A stretch of DNA of 64,000 nt from Clostridia bacterium (GTDB lineage Bacteria > Bacillota > Clostridia > UBA1381 > UBA9506), in contig JAZNJS010000051.1 of NCBI GenBank assembly GCA_045578185.1, positions 10,697-74,696 on the forward strand, read 5' to 3'. The position numbers were made by a program, and so were the translations under genes. Under the pieces are notes generated by a model. It was not told where the DNA came from and ran no database searches. It saw only the letters and a program-made list of their open reading frames with translations. Numbering within the stretch: position 1 is the first letter of the stretch; every line of letters begins with the position of its first letter. Positions 37,928 through 48,342 of this stretch are shown here, one piece after another.

Positions 37928-39214
37928 TTAAATTCCCATTCTTTCTATTGATTTTTTAATGCCCGCTTTAACCTTTTCCATATCAATTGTGGTCAGGTTG
38001 CGATTATCCATAACGATAACTCCGTTTATTATAGTTGTTACGACATTATTGCCGTTTGCGCTATAAACCACCGTTGACTCCGGATTGTGCACAGGTAAAA
38101 GATTTGGTGCGTCTGCATCTAAAATGATTATATCCGCACGCATTCCCTTTTTAAGCATGCCACGTTCTCCGCTGCGACCCAGGATTTCTGCTCCTGACTG
38201 CGAAGCCATCATAAGTGCATCATGTGCATTAATCAAAGTCGGATCAAGGCGCATTCCTTTCTGCAGAAGCGCCGCCGTTTTCATTTCACCAAAAATATCA
38301 AGCGCATTGTTGCTTGCCGTACCGTCTGTTCCAACACCCACGCAAATTCCTTTTTCAAGCATCTCTTTGACATTAGCAACTCCGCTTGCGAGTTTTAAAT
38401 TGCTTACGGGGTTATGTGATACGCCAACATGATGCTCTGCCAAAATGTCCATATCGTTTTCGCTTAAATAAACGCAATGCGCCGCATTGACTCTGCCACA
38501 GAAAACATCCATATCACGAAATACCTCTGTCGGTGACTTTCCGTACTGACTATAGCAGTCACGGTTTTCCTTCATCGTTTCGCTCAAATGAATATGTACG
38601 CCTGCATCACGCTTTTGTGCCGCCTTACCAACCGCACGGATGGCCTCCTTGGAGCAGGTATAAATAGCATGAGCAGAAAATTCAATATTTACCGCTCCAC
38701 CGCCTGCACCATGATACTTATCGTATAATTCCTCGGCTTCCAAAAGGCGCGTTTTATAGTCGCTATCCATTCCCGTCACACAACGCGAAATATTGGCATT
38801 GATTTTGCTTTCCAAGACCGCACGCACAGTATTTTCATTCATAAAATACATATCTGCAAAAAGTGTCGTTCCGCTTTTTATCATCTCTGCACATGCTAAA
38901 AGCGAGCCATAATAAACCGCCTCATCATAGAGCTTGTCTTCTGCCGGAAAAATTTTATTAAAAAGCCAGTCATTTAGCGACATATCGTCACCATAGCCAC
39001 GAAACAGAGTCATCGCAGTATGCGTGTGGCTGTTGACGAGTCCGGGCATAACAATTCCACCGCGCGCATCTATCATGCGGTCAAACTGCTCATCCGGAAG
39101 GCACTCCTCGCCCACATAGGATATATTCTCATCTTCTATGCGCAGACAGCCGTTTTTAATAATACGACCCTCATCCATAGTGATAATCAGGGCATTTTTA
39201 ATCTGTAATTTCAT
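37928..39214 (-). CDS. mtaD: 5-methylthioadenosine/S-adenosylhomocysteine deaminase (amidohydrolase)
   Basis: IKNA.I.T.D..., PGLVN.HTH..M.L.RG..DD..L..WL and H..E motifs. The ATG at 39214 overlaps the recA 3' end by 17 nt. Confidence 0.8.
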   Translation of the reverse strand: MKLQIKNALIITMDEGRIIKNGCLRIEDENISYVGEECLPDEQFDRMIDARGGIVMPGLVNSHTHTAMTLFRGYGDDMSLNDWLFNKIFPAEDKLYDEAVYYGSLLACAEMIKSGTTLFADMYFMNENTVRAVLESKINANISRCVTGMDSDYKTRLLEAEELYDKYHGAGGGAVNIEFSAHAIYTCSKEAIRAVGKAAQKRDAGVHIHLSETMKENRDCYSQYGKSPTEVFRDMDVFCGRVNAAHCVYLSENDMDILAEHHVGVSHNPVSNLKLASGVANVKEMLEKGICVGVGTDGTASNNALDIFGEMKTAALLQKGMRLDPTLINAHDALMMASQSGAEILGRSGERGMLKKGMRADIIILDADAPNLLPVHNPESTVVYSANGNNVVTTIINGVIVMDNRNLTTIDMEKVKAGIKKSIERMGI

Positions 39215-40283
39215 CAGAATTTCCCACTTCCTGTCCGCCTGCAGCACTGGCAGAATTATATATTGCCTCTCTGACCTTTGCCTCTATTTCATCTCTTAAC
39301 TCAGGATTTTCCTTAAGATATTTTTTAGAGTTTTCACGCCCCTGACCAAGACGTAACTCGCCATAGTTATACCAGGTTCCACTCTTTTGCAGAATATCCA
39401 TATCGGCAGCAACATCTAATATTGAGCCTTCTTTTGAGATACCCTCGCCATACATAATATCAAACTCCGCCTCTTTAAACGGAGGAGCTACCTTGTTTTT
39501 AACAACCTTTGCCTTTGTGCGTACACCAATTACATCTGTACCCTGCTTGATAAGCTCCTGTTTACGAACCTCCATACGCACGGAAGCATAGAACTTAAGC
39601 GCACGGCCACCGGTTGTAACCTCTGGGTTACCATACATTACTCCAACTTTTTCACGAAGCTGATTTAAGAAGATTGCAATAGTGTTTGACTTATTAATTA
39701 CACCCGCAAGTTTCCTGAGTGCCTGGCTCATAAGACGTGCGTGAAGACCAACGTGAGAATCGCCCATCTCGCCCTCAATTTCAGCCTTGGGAACTAAAGC
39801 TGCAACAGAGTCGACAACAATTACATCTATCGCGCCACTTCTTACAAGCATTTCTGCAATCTCTAAAGCCTGCTCACCTGTATCAGGCTGTGATACAATC
39901 AGGTTTTCAACATCTACGCCGAGCTTTTTAGCATAAATCGGGTCGAGAGCGTGCTCAGCGTCAATAAAAGCAACATCTCCGCCTAGCTTCTGTGCTTCTG
40001 CAATTGCGTGCAACGCAAGCGTGGTTTTGCCTGAAGATTCAGGTCCGTAAATTTCTACTATTCTGCCACGCGGCAGTCCGCCAATACCAAGCGCCAAGTC
40101 AAGACTTAATGAACCTGTGGGGATTGACTCAACATTCATTCTTGTCTCCTCACCAAGTTTCATAACCGCGCCTTTTCCAAACGTTTTTTCTATCTGGCTC
40201 ATAGCCATATCAAGAGCTTCTTTTTTGTTTGTTCCGAGCTCCGTTGTTTTTTTGCCTGCTGCTATCTTTTTATCCAATGCCAT
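39198..40283 (-). CDS. recA: Recombinase A
   Basis: [16 protein letters not shown] Walker [10 protein letters not shown] and the L2 loop region are near-consensus RecA. Confidence 0.98.
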   Translation of the reverse strand: MALDKKIAAGKKTTELGTNKKEALDMAMSQIEKTFGKGAVMKLGEETRMNVESIPTGSLSLDLALGIGGLPRGRIVEIYGPESSGKTTLALHAIAEAQKLGGDVAFIDAEHALDPIYAKKLGVDVENLIVSQPDTGEQALEIAEMLVRSGAIDVIVVDSVAALVPKAEIEGEMGDSHVGLHARLMSQALRKLAGVINKSNTIAIFLNQLREKVGVMYGNPEVTTGGRALKFYASVRMEVRKQELIKQGTDVIGVRTKAKVVKNKVAPPFKEAEFDIMYGEGISKEGSILDVAADMDILQKSGTWYNYGELRLGQGRENSKKYLKENPELRDEIEAKVREAIYNSASAAGGQEVGNSDEITD

Positions 40284-40311
40284 ATTTATTTCTCCTTACT
40301 GCACTTTTTTG

Positions 40312-40366
40312 CGAACATACGTTCTGTCTTTAAGTCTATTATAGCGTAACAAAATCTATTCGTCAA
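40312..40366 (-). promoter_or_regulatory. recA promoter with a LexA (Cheo) SOS box
   Basis: On the minus strand, TTGACG (40361-66), a 17-nt spacer, then TATAAT (40338-43). The palindrome CGAACATACGTTC at 40312-40324 matches the Gram-positive SOS box GAAC-N4-GTTC. Confidence 0.8.
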
Positions 40367-40375
40367 GTACTTTTT

Positions 40376-41602
40376 TTATTTATCAAGAAGAATTTTTCTT
40401 ATTTCGTTAAGCGCATTTAACACCGACAAATGTCTCACTCTTTTTCTATCTCCGAAAAGCTGCAGTTTCTTTACCTGTGTGCCACCTGCATGTGCGACAC
40501 CTACATAAACCAAGCCGACAGGCTTTTCCTTTGTACCGCCACCCGGACCTGCAATTCCGGTTATCGAAACGCCAATATCGCTTCCCGCTGCCTTTTTGAT
40601 TCCCTCCGCCATTTCTTTGGCAGTCTCGCTGCTGACAGCGCCGAATCTTGAAAGAGTATCGTGCGATACTCCCAAATATTTTTCTTTTGCATCGTTTGAA
40701 TATGTTACAACACTTTCTGAAAGAACCGCCGATGCTCCGGGATTATCTGCTAATGCTGCCGTAAACATACCAGCCGTGCACGACTCTGCCGCTGCAACAG
40801 TCATTTTTTCTTGCGCAAGAAGCCGGCACACAACCGCCGCCATTTCCTCCTCACCAAAACCGTAAACATATTCTCCTACACGCCCTTTTACTTGCTCATA
40901 CATATTTTTTATGAGCTCGTCAGCTTCCGCTTCATCCTTTGCTTTTGCGGTTATCCGCATTGTAACCTCGCCATCTTTAGCATACGGAGCAAGTGTCGGG
41001 TTTTCACTTTCCATAAGGTCTCTTATCTTTTCTGCAAGTGCTGACTCTCCCGAGCCAAAAAGCCTTACAACCAATGATTTCATAACAAAGCCAGACTTTT
41101 CTTTGAGATAGTCTCTTACCTGCTCTTTAAAAAGCGGCTCAAGCTCTCTCGGAGGGCCGGGTAGCAAAATTGCAATCTTTTCATCTTTTTCTATGATGAT
41201 TCCGGGTGCCGTTCCGTAATTATTATGAATTATTTTCGCACCCTCAGGGATATAAGCCTGCTTTTCATTCGATTTAACCATTGGTCTTCCTTTTAAATAC
41301 TCATTCATTTCTGCCATTACGCCCTCATCAAAGTACAAAGGCAGTCCGAAATATTCAGCCGTTATTTCTTTTGTAAGGTCATCGTCCGTTGGTCCTAATC
41401 CGCCTGACATAATTACTACGTCAGAGCGGCTTATCGCCTCACCGATAACCGCCTTTAACCTCTTTGGATTATCCCCTACAACCTGCTGATAATAAACGTT
41501 GATTCCAAGCGATGATAACTCCTGCGACAAAAAACGGGCATTCGTATTTAATATATCACCAAGTAAAAGTTCCGTTCCAACTGCTATTATTTCTGCGTTC
41601 AT
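40376..41602 (-). CDS. cinA: CinA family protein (competence/damage-inducible; NMN amidohydrolase C-terminal domain)
   Basis: MNAEIIAVGTELLLG.I.NTN start with MoCF-binding and PncC-like domains. The cinA-recA order is conserved. Confidence 0.9.
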   Translation of the reverse strand: MNAEIIAVGTELLLGDILNTNARFLSQELSSLGINVYYQQVVGDNPKRLKAVIGEAISRSDVVIMSGGLGPTDDDLTKEITAEYFGLPLYFDEGVMAEMNEYLKGRPMVKSNEKQAYIPEGAKIIHNNYGTAPGIIIEKDEKIAILLPGPPRELEPLFKEQVRDYLKEKSGFVMKSLVVRLFGSGESALAEKIRDLMESENPTLAPYAKDGEVTMRITAKAKDEAEADELIKNMYEQVKGRVGEYVYGFGEEEMAAVVCRLLAQEKMTVAAAESCTAGMFTAALADNPGASAVLSESVVTYSNDAKEKYLGVSHDTLSRFGAVSSETAKEMAEGIKKAAGSDIGVSITGIAGPGGGTKEKPVGLVYVGVAHAGGTQVKKLQLFGDRKRVRHLSVLNALNEIRKILLDK

Positions 41603-41630
41603 CAGGGCAAATCCTTTCATTATATATTTT

Positions 41631-41670
41631 CTTTAAAAACATTTACGGGCGGCAAAAAATAGCCGCCCGT
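41631..41670 (-). terminator. Rho-independent terminator
   Basis: 9-bp GC-rich stem acgggcggc / gccgcccgt downstream of the 41679 stop. The T-rich tail on the minus strand is moderate. Confidence 0.65.
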
Positions 41671-41678
41671 ATATAGAT

Positions 41679-42206
41679 TTAATCTAGCGCAATCACTCTT
41701 GGATTCATTTTTTTCATTTCTTCTGCCAGTCTTTCAGGCGGCTGAAATGTTAAAAGTGTGCGCACGCCGTCAACCTTATAAAGTACGCAATATATTCCGC
41801 CTTTTTTCGGGTCATATACGGCATCAAATTTTTTAGCAATAGTGTCGCTTTCAAACTGATTAGTATATGCTGAATTTTCTTTTTTAGCCATAACCTCAAT
41901 CTGTCTTACGGAAAGGCTTGCAAGTCTTTTTCTTGTTCTGCGGCTTTTGATTATATCAATATCTAGGTCTCCGTTTGTGAAAATATACTCGTATTCAACA
42001 TTGAAACCGCGAATTAAAATATACGCTCCGTATACAACCGCCGCAACTGCAAGCGGAATGTATGAAAGCAGATATTTGCCAAACAGTAAAAAGACGTTCA
42101 TCAGCGCTATAATTACGATAAATGCGGCAATAACTATACCAAGTTTTTTTATAAAGTCTCCGTTTGAGCTCTTTTTTTCCATTAAGTATTCAAGAAAAGT
42201 ATCCAT
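41679..42206 (-). CDS. Hypothetical membrane protein (two TM helices plus a soluble C-terminal domain)
   Basis: ORF with two hydrophobic helices (IVIAAFIVIIALMNVFLLF and LAVAAVVYGAYILI). I recognise no catalytic motif. Confidence 0.5.
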   Translation of the reverse strand: MDTFLEYLMEKKSSNGDFIKKLGIVIAAFIVIIALMNVFLLFGKYLLSYIPLAVAAVVYGAYILIRGFNVEYEYIFTNGDLDIDIIKSRRTRKRLASLSVRQIEVMAKKENSAYTNQFESDTIAKKFDAVYDPKKGGIYCVLYKVDGVRTLLTFQPPERLAEEMKKMNPRVIALD

Positions 42207-42289
42207 TTAAAATCTCCTTCGTTAAATTCTTCCTTCAGTATAGCATACCTGATTTTTAAAAACAATCAACGGCAGGTATTTTTTACATT

Positions 42290-43099
42290 TTATTCACATG
42301 AGGTCAGAAAACCCTTCGGCTCGCCCTGATGCTGAACATCCGCTGTAAACAGACTTTCTTCGAAATAAAGTTCTTCATTTCTTCCCAAGACGGCACGAAG
42401 AACATTCGCCCGACCATCAAGCTCTTTAAGACCTGCGCCAAAACCCACGCTGCTGATTGTCATAGACGGCATCTTATCAAATCGACGCGCACACGCACAA
42501 ACAATCGCTGCCCCCGTCGGCGTTATCAGCTGAGTATTTTCCTCGCATATCTCAATCGGCGCTTCCGATAAGCGCATAATTTCCATCACCATCGGCACGG
42601 GCACACGCATCATAGAGCTGCCCGTTTTAGCAAGCCCAATACCCTCTGTTATGGGCGAGGATACTACCGCTTCTACCCCGAGCATACTAATAAGCAACGC
42701 CGAAGACACGATGCTGACCGCCGTCCTTACGGCTTTTTCTCCGCATAAGAATACATCATGAGGCTTGGTTTCGTAAACATTTGTATATGCATTGGCATAT
42801 TTTTTTAATATCATTAGTGCATATCGTTTAGCTTCGGGGGAAATCCCGCTTTCCGCTATTATATGCGCAAGCTCTTCTATATAAAGTCTGTCGCTTGACT
42901 TTGCTCCATATATATTAAAAGCCGTAGCCGAAATTCTGTTTTTAAATACTTTTTGCGTTTCAATATCATACACTCTGCCAAGGTCCACTTTATGAAGTTC
43001 TCTTGCCAGAGCGTTTGTGTCAATTCCCAAATCCAAAAGTGCCCCAACAACCATATCGCCGCTTATTCCGCTCATACAGTCGAAATATAAGATATTCAT
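42290..43099 (-). CDS. LarC-family (DUF111) protein, short form
   Basis: N-terminus MNILYFDCMSGISGDMVVGALLDLG and TPTGAAI are DUF111 hallmarks. It is only 269 aa long. Confidence 0.65.
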   Translation of the reverse strand: MNILYFDCMSGISGDMVVGALLDLGIDTNALARELHKVDLGRVYDIETQKVFKNRISATAFNIYGAKSSDRLYIEELAHIIAESGISPEAKRYALMILKKYANAYTNVYETKPHDVFLCGEKAVRTAVSIVSSALLISMLGVEAVVSSPITEGIGLAKTGSSMMRVPVPMVMEIMRLSEAPIEICEENTQLITPTGAAIVCACARRFDKMPSMTISSVGFGAGLKELDGRANVLRAVLGRNEELYFEESLFTADVQHQGEPKGFLTSCE

Positions 43100-43671
43100 C
43101 TTAAAAGCACCTCTTTTTCAGTCACTATCATATCGAGCGGGACATCAAAATTCTCTGCCTCCACCTTATCTTTTAAAAATGAATCATAACAAATGCCGAT
43201 TTTTACTGCATTTTTTGCCAGTGGCAAAAATTTATCATAATATCCTTTTCCGTATCCGATTCTGTGAAAATTGCGCCCGAAAACAGCCCCCGGCACGATT
43301 ATACAATCTATGTTTTCAGGATTTTGGGCGTCTAATGAGTTGGGTTCTAATATTCCGTATGCACCGGGGCGAAGAGAAGAAATTCCATCTATTCTGCACG
43401 CCGTCATCTCAAAACTCTTTGTGTCGCAAAGTGGCACGCAAAGTTTCTTGCCATTGGCGCAAAGCTTATCTATAAGTGCGTGTGTGTCAGGCTCCGAATT
43501 AAAGCTCACATAGCACATTATATTAGTAGCATTTTTTATAGCATCAAGGGTTAAAAGTTTATTATAAATCTCTTTTGATGCAGACTCTTTTTGCTCCTTT
43601 GGCATATTTCTGCGCATTGTGAGGCTGTGTTTCCTGAGCTCTCTTTTAGCATCTGCGCACGCTTTACTCAT
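43096..43671 (-). CDS. 5-formyltetrahydrofolate cyclo-ligase
   Basis: K..LR motif at the N-terminus, then GILEP and VPG.AF...G.R.G.G.GYYD. Confidence 0.85.
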   Translation of the reverse strand: MSKACADAKRELRKHSLTMRRNMPKEQKESASKEIYNKLLTLDAIKNATNIMCYVSFNSEPDTHALIDKLCANGKKLCVPLCDTKSFEMTACRIDGISSLRPGAYGILEPNSLDAQNPENIDCIIVPGAVFGRNFHRIGYGKGYYDKFLPLAKNAVKIGICYDSFLKDKVEAENFDVPLDMIVTEKEVLLR

Positions 43672-43675
43672 AGCA

Positions 43676-44455
43676 CTATCTCCTCTGTGGCAAAATAGAA
43701 ACCGGTATAACCTCATTGGTCTTATTTGTATCATCATCTATACAAAATACTGCGCCGTTTAATTGCGCAGGTCCGTCTGCAAACTCAAAGCGCTGCGGAA
43801 CGCAGCTTAAAAATCTGTCGAGCACAATTTCCTTGTGCACGCCAAGACAGGAATGGTACGGTCCCGTCATTCCGATATCGGTGATATAACCCGTACCCTT
43901 TGGCAAAACTTTGGCGTCTGCGGTCTGGACGTGTGTATGTGTGCCGAAAACCACGGTAGCCTTTCCGTCTAAAAAATATCCCATAGATATTTTTTCACTG
44001 GTTGCTTCCGCGTGAAAATCAACAAGAACAATATCTGCCCTGCACTCTTTTATCGCTTTTTCCACACCGCGGAAAGGACAGTCAGCATAATCAAGATATA
44101 TGCGTCCCAAGGCATTTATTACAGCGATTTTTTTGCCGTCTTTTGTAACGGTTGTAATGCCTTTTCCGACAGTATCCTCGGGGTAATTAATCGGTCTTAT
44201 AACTCTATCGTTGTTAGCCAAAAGATGCACGGCTTCTTTTTGTCTAAAGGTATGATTGCCCAGAGTTATAACATCAGCACCCGCAGACAGTAAAAGCTCC
44301 GCTTTTTTGCGCGTTATGCCGTTGTTTGAGCAGGCGTTTTCGCCGTTTACCACACAAAAATCTATATTATATTTTTCTTTTAGTGCATCAATGTTGTTCA
44401 AAAACATATTTGTCCCTGAATCACCTACGATATCACCAATAGCTAAAATATTCAT
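43676..44455 (-). CDS. ymdB: YmdB-family metallophosphoesterase (2',3'-cyclic-nucleotide phosphodiesterase)
   Basis: MNILAIGDIVG, NGEN, GNH and DFHAEATSEK motifs. Confidence 0.9.
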   Translation of the reverse strand: MNILAIGDIVGDSGTNMFLNNIDALKEKYNIDFCVVNGENACSNNGITRKKAELLLSAGADVITLGNHTFRQKEAVHLLANNDRVIRPINYPEDTVGKGITTVTKDGKKIAVINALGRIYLDYADCPFRGVEKAIKECRADIVLVDFHAEATSEKISMGYFLDGKATVVFGTHTHVQTADAKVLPKGTGYITDIGMTGPYHSCLGVHKEIVLDRFLSCVPQRFEFADGPAQLNGAVFCIDDDTNKTNEVIPVSILPQRR

Positions 44456-45342
44456 TTGCTTTCCTTTCTATGCTCCTGATTCTTGTCCGCCTTTTGCGGC
44501 TGGATATCTTCTAAAAGCTTTACACGCTTTTTGTACTTTACTGCATTTGCATAGGTTAGAAGAATCTCGAGCGAACAGATAAAATCTTTGCCGCATCTTC
44601 TGCAGTTATGCTGAGATACAAACTTGCTGCCACGCTTAAACCAACCTTTTGTCTTTTGCGCATAACGTCCGCATACGGGGCAACGCATCCTGAGTTCACG
44701 TCTGTCAATGCACTTATGAGACAAATCGGTAATATGCACATTCTTATAATGCTGGTTCATTTCAGTAGCATTTACGATATATTTTGCAAAGCGCTTTTTA
44801 TCAAATATTCTTGCAAACACTTCTCCTGATATTGTCGCATCAACCAAGGCATCATGCAGGGTTTCTTCTTCATAATCAATCGGGAAAAAATCTGCCGCAT
44901 TCTTAAGTCCCATCTGGTGTTGTTTTGCTCCGCCAGATAAAATATCCGATGAATATCTCTGAAGGTCTGCAAAGCGAAGAAGACATTCCATATTTTCGTC
45001 TTTATCATAATAGCGGCAGTTTGAGCGAAGTACCGATGCGTCCTGCATTCCCCAAGACATCAGGATAAACTTTTTACCCATAAACTTTTTAAACTCGCGA
45101 AAAGCCGCAGGAAAAGGAACCCCCTCTTTCTGAAGCTTTTTAATGGTAATTCCCGTCATTTTTTCGACTGTCGGCTCAATTCTGTTATAAAGCTGAGGAA
45201 GTATCATACAGTTAAAGCTGCCCTGAAATCTCATATGGCCGTCATATTTTACTGCGCCAATCTGAATAATCTCATCAGGGCATGCGCCCTTTACTCCCCT
45301 GGCGTAGCGGTTCCATTCCAAATCAAAAATAATATAGTTCAT
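44452..45342 (-). CDS. DEDDh-type 3'-5' exonuclease with a C-terminal zinc ribbon
   Basis: Exo I IIFDLEW and Exo III H.AL.DA motifs. C-terminal CPVCG...CRRCG pairs. Confidence 0.75.
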   Translation of the reverse strand: MNYIIFDLEWNRYARGVKGACPDEIIQIGAVKYDGHMRFQGSFNCMILPQLYNRIEPTVEKMTGITIKKLQKEGVPFPAAFREFKKFMGKKFILMSWGMQDASVLRSNCRYYDKDENMECLLRFADLQRYSSDILSGGAKQHQMGLKNAADFFPIDYEEETLHDALVDATISGEVFARIFDKKRFAKYIVNATEMNQHYKNVHITDLSHKCIDRRELRMRCPVCGRYAQKTKGWFKRGSKFVSQHNCRRCGKDFICSLEILLTYANAVKYKKRVKLLEDIQPQKADKNQEHRKESK

Positions 45343-45365
45343 AGTTGTTGCCTTTCAAAATTACT

Positions 45366-46034
45366 TTAAACAAGTGCCCAGTCTATCGCCTCTTTACCCA
45401 TCTGTTTAAGAAGCTGGTTTACTTTACTGAAATGCTTTGAGCCAAAAAAGCCTCGACTTGCAGACAGAGGACTCGGATGTGGCGCCATAAGCACATAATG
45501 ATGGTGATTTGTTATAAGCGGCAGTTTTTCCTTTGCGTTATTGCCCCATAAAAGAAAGATTACGGGGTCTTCTCTTTCATTTAGCTTCTTAATCACACAA
45601 TCTGTAAACTGCGTCCAGCCAAGACCTTTGTGCGAGTTCGGCTGCCCTTCACGCACGGTCAGTACGGTGTTTAAAAGCATAACCCCCTGCTTTGCCCAAG
45701 GGATTAAGCAGCCTGTTTCGGGACGCGGTATTTTAAGGTCCGACTCAAGCTCTTTAAACATATTGACAAGCGACGGCGGCGGCTCTATCCCCGGTTGCAC
45801 CGAAAAAGCCAGACCGTGAGCCTGTCCCGGACCGTGATACGGGTCCTGACCTAAAAGCAGCACTTTAACGTCACTATACGAAGTCATTTTAAGACTGTTA
45901 AAAATATTATGCATATCGGGATATACTGTGTGCGTGCGATACTCTGCCGCAAGGCACGTTCGCAATGTCTGATAATATTCTTTTTCAAACTCAGCGCCTA
46001 TTATTTCATCCCAATCATTTCCGATAAGTACCAT
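45366..46034 (-). CDS. ung: Uracil-DNA glycosylase (family 1)
   Basis: GQDPYHGPGQAHGL.FSV and the HPSPLSA motif. Confidence 0.96.
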   Translation of the reverse strand: MVLIGNDWDEIIGAEFEKEYYQTLRTCLAAEYRTHTVYPDMHNIFNSLKMTSYSDVKVLLLGQDPYHGPGQAHGLAFSVQPGIEPPPSLVNMFKELESDLKIPRPETGCLIPWAKQGVMLLNTVLTVREGQPNSHKGLGWTQFTDCVIKKLNEREDPVIFLLWGNNAKEKLPLITNHHHYVLMAPHPSPLSASRGFFGSKHFSKVNQLLKQMGKEAIDWALV

Positions 46035-46050
46035 AAAACCCTCTTCTTTG

Positions 46051-46503
46051 CTATTTTTTAAGCAACTTGTTTACTTCTTCAATAAAGGTATTTATATCCT
46101 TGAACTGACGATAAACGGATGCAAAGCGTACATACGCAACCTCATCAAGCTCTTTTAAGCGCTCCATAACCATTTCGCCGATTTCAACGGATGCAACCTC
46201 ACGCTGCAGGCGGTTCTGAATGGTAGCCTCAATATCAAGTGTGATGCGCTCGATATCTTTCATAGCTACTGCTCTCTTTTCGCAGGCGCGCACAATTCCG
46301 TTTAAAAGTTTCTGACTGTCAAACATCTGGCGCGAGCCGTCTTTTTTGACTACCATAAGCGGAATACTCTCTACCTTTTCATACGTGGTAAAGCGCTTTC
46401 CGCACTCTAAACACTCTCTGCGGCGACGTATTGCTTCACCCTCATCGGTGGGTCTTGAATCTACTACCTTGCTTTCCTCAAATTCGCAAAATGGACACTT
46501 CAT
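46051..46503 (-). CDS. nrdR: Transcriptional repressor NrdR
   Basis: MKCPFC...VVDSR, a CxxC..RFTTYE Zn ribbon, and an ATP-cone. Confidence 0.96.
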   Translation of the reverse strand: MKCPFCEFEESKVVDSRPTDEGEAIRRRRECLECGKRFTTYEKVESIPLMVVKKDGSRQMFDSQKLLNGIVRACEKRAVAMKDIERITLDIEATIQNRLQREVASVEIGEMVMERLKELDEVAYVRFASVYRQFKDINTFIEEVNKLLKK

Positions 46504-46515
46504 ACGAACACTCCT

Positions 46516-47691
46516 TTATTTAAAATACTCGTACATATAATTTTTTCTCTCTATCTGCTCGTCAAGTCTTCTTATATATTCCCTGACGTCCTTGATATTA
46601 AATATCCGCTCGATGCGGTCGCCTTTAATGAGCTTTGTAACTCCGCCAACGCCCATAGATACAACCGTCTGGAGCTCCTCCATCATATACACATTATAGA
46701 ATCCTTCGTACCCGTCTTTACAAAATCCCGTGTTTTCCTGATTGCCGAGAGTTTTTTTCTGTTTATAAAGATAATATGGATAGTATTTATTTTTTTTGAG
46801 TAAATCATAGGCATAACGCACCATACGCTCTACCTCTGCATCCTTTGAAAGCTCTACCTTTTCATCCTCCGTTGTTAGCCTTGCCGCACGTTTTATACAC
46901 ATAGTATGTACAGTTATGTTTTCGGGGTCAAAGGCGACAACCTTATTAATCGAATCAGAAAATTCTTCTGCCGTCTCCTCGGGAAGACCTGCAATAACAT
47001 CCATATTAATCGCACGAAAATCATATTTTCTTACAAGCTGCATAGCTGATGATATTTGCTCGGGAGAATGCTTGCGCCCGATAATATCAAGCGTCTTCTT
47101 ATTCATGCTCTGCGGATTTACACTTATTCTGTCAACTCCGCACCTTTTCATCGCCGCAAGTTTTGATGCAGTTATAGTGTCGGGTCTGCCTGCCTCAACC
47201 GTAAACTCACGGAGCCCTGAAAGGTCAAACTTCTCAGTAATTTTCCACAAAAGCCTGTCCAGAGCCTCTGCCGAGAGTGTAGTCGGCGTTCCTCCTCCAA
47301 TATACACCGTAGAGGCGCGAAAACCAAGATTTTTTACAACCTTTGCCGTAGCATCAATTTCCCTAAACATAGCCTCAAGGTAAGGCTCTACAAACTGGCT
47401 CATCTTGTCAACGCCCATTGAAGCAAAGGAGCAATAAATGCATTTAGACGGACAAAACGGGATGTCAAGATAAAGACTGCAGCTGTCTGCCGGTGGTTTA
47501 GGGAAAACCCTTACTTCCCTTTCGGCGATTTCAATCGCAAGTTTTATCTTCTCATCAGATACCGAAAACTGCTCATGAATTGCATGGGCAATTTCGTCAT
47601 TGTCCATGCCCTTTTCCATCATTTGTACTATACGCTTCACAGGTCTTATGCCGCTTAAGCTGCCCCATGGCAAATTATTATTAATATCCAT
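46516..47691 (-). CDS. Radical SAM protein, HemN/HemZ-like (coproporphyrinogen dehydrogenase family)
   Basis: PWG.L.GIRP motif and a CPSKCIYCSF radical-SAM cluster. Confidence 0.7.
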   Translation of the reverse strand: MDINNNLPWGSLSGIRPVKRIVQMMEKGMDNDEIAHAIHEQFSVSDEKIKLAIEIAEREVRVFPKPPADSCSLYLDIPFCPSKCIYCSFASMGVDKMSQFVEPYLEAMFREIDATAKVVKNLGFRASTVYIGGGTPTTLSAEALDRLLWKITEKFDLSGLREFTVEAGRPDTITASKLAAMKRCGVDRISVNPQSMNKKTLDIIGRKHSPEQISSAMQLVRKYDFRAINMDVIAGLPEETAEEFSDSINKVVAFDPENITVHTMCIKRAARLTTEDEKVELSKDAEVERMVRYAYDLLKKNKYYPYYLYKQKKTLGNQENTGFCKDGYEGFYNVYMMEELQTVVSMGVGGVTKLIKGDRIERIFNIKDVREYIRRLDEQIERKNYMYEYFK

Positions 47692-48319
47692 TCATATATC
47701 GTTCCCATTCATAAACTTCGTTGTGTTCTTTCTCAAATCCTATCGTAGAGTCCGGTCCGTGACCTGCATATACTTTTGTCTCCTCAGGCAAAGTGAACAG
47801 TTTCCCCTTTATAGACGAAATTATCTCTCTCATCGAGCCTGACGGAAGGTCAACTCTGCCTATGCCGCGGCAAAACAAGGTGTCTCCTGAAAATAACGCA
47901 TCACCGCACAAAAGGCACATTCCGCCACTCGTATGACCTGGTGTTTCAATAACTTTAAAACTATATTTTCCTGACTTTATCTCGTCTCCCTCTTTCACGA
48001 TAAGGTCAGGAGGCACCGCCACCTTTCCGCCACCAAAACGAAAAAGCATACTTACGTCCGGATTTAAATAGTTTTCCTTTTCTTTTTCGCAAACAACTAT
48101 CTGTGCACCCGTTTGCTTTTTGATTTCTTCTGCCGCACCAATATGGTCATAGTGGCAGTGCGTAAGCACAATATATTTAACCTTATATCCGCCACCTATT
48201 ACGGCATTCATTATATTTTCTGCATCATCGCCCGGGTCGATTACCAAAAGTTCATCCGCATCGCCCACAAGATAACAGTTCTCCTCAATATATCCGGTAA
48301 CAATCTTTTTAAAAACCAC
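47681..48319 (-). CDS. MBL-fold metallo-hydrolase
   Basis: THCHYDH motif and TPGHT. GTG at 48319 lies 8 nt after GGAGGAA; the track start at 48337 is a TTG inside that RBS. Confidence 0.8.
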   Translation of the reverse strand: MVFKKIVTGYIEENCYLVGDADELLVIDPGDDAENIMNAVIGGGYKVKYIVLTHCHYDHIGAAEEIKKQTGAQIVVCEKEKENYLNPDVSMLFRFGGGKVAVPPDLIVKEGDEIKSGKYSFKVIETPGHTSGGMCLLCGDALFSGDTLFCRGIGRVDLPSGSMREIISSIKGKLFTLPEETKVYAGHGPDSTIGFEKEHNEVYEWERYMNGY

Positions 48320-48342
48320 CAGACATTCCTCCAACAATCACA

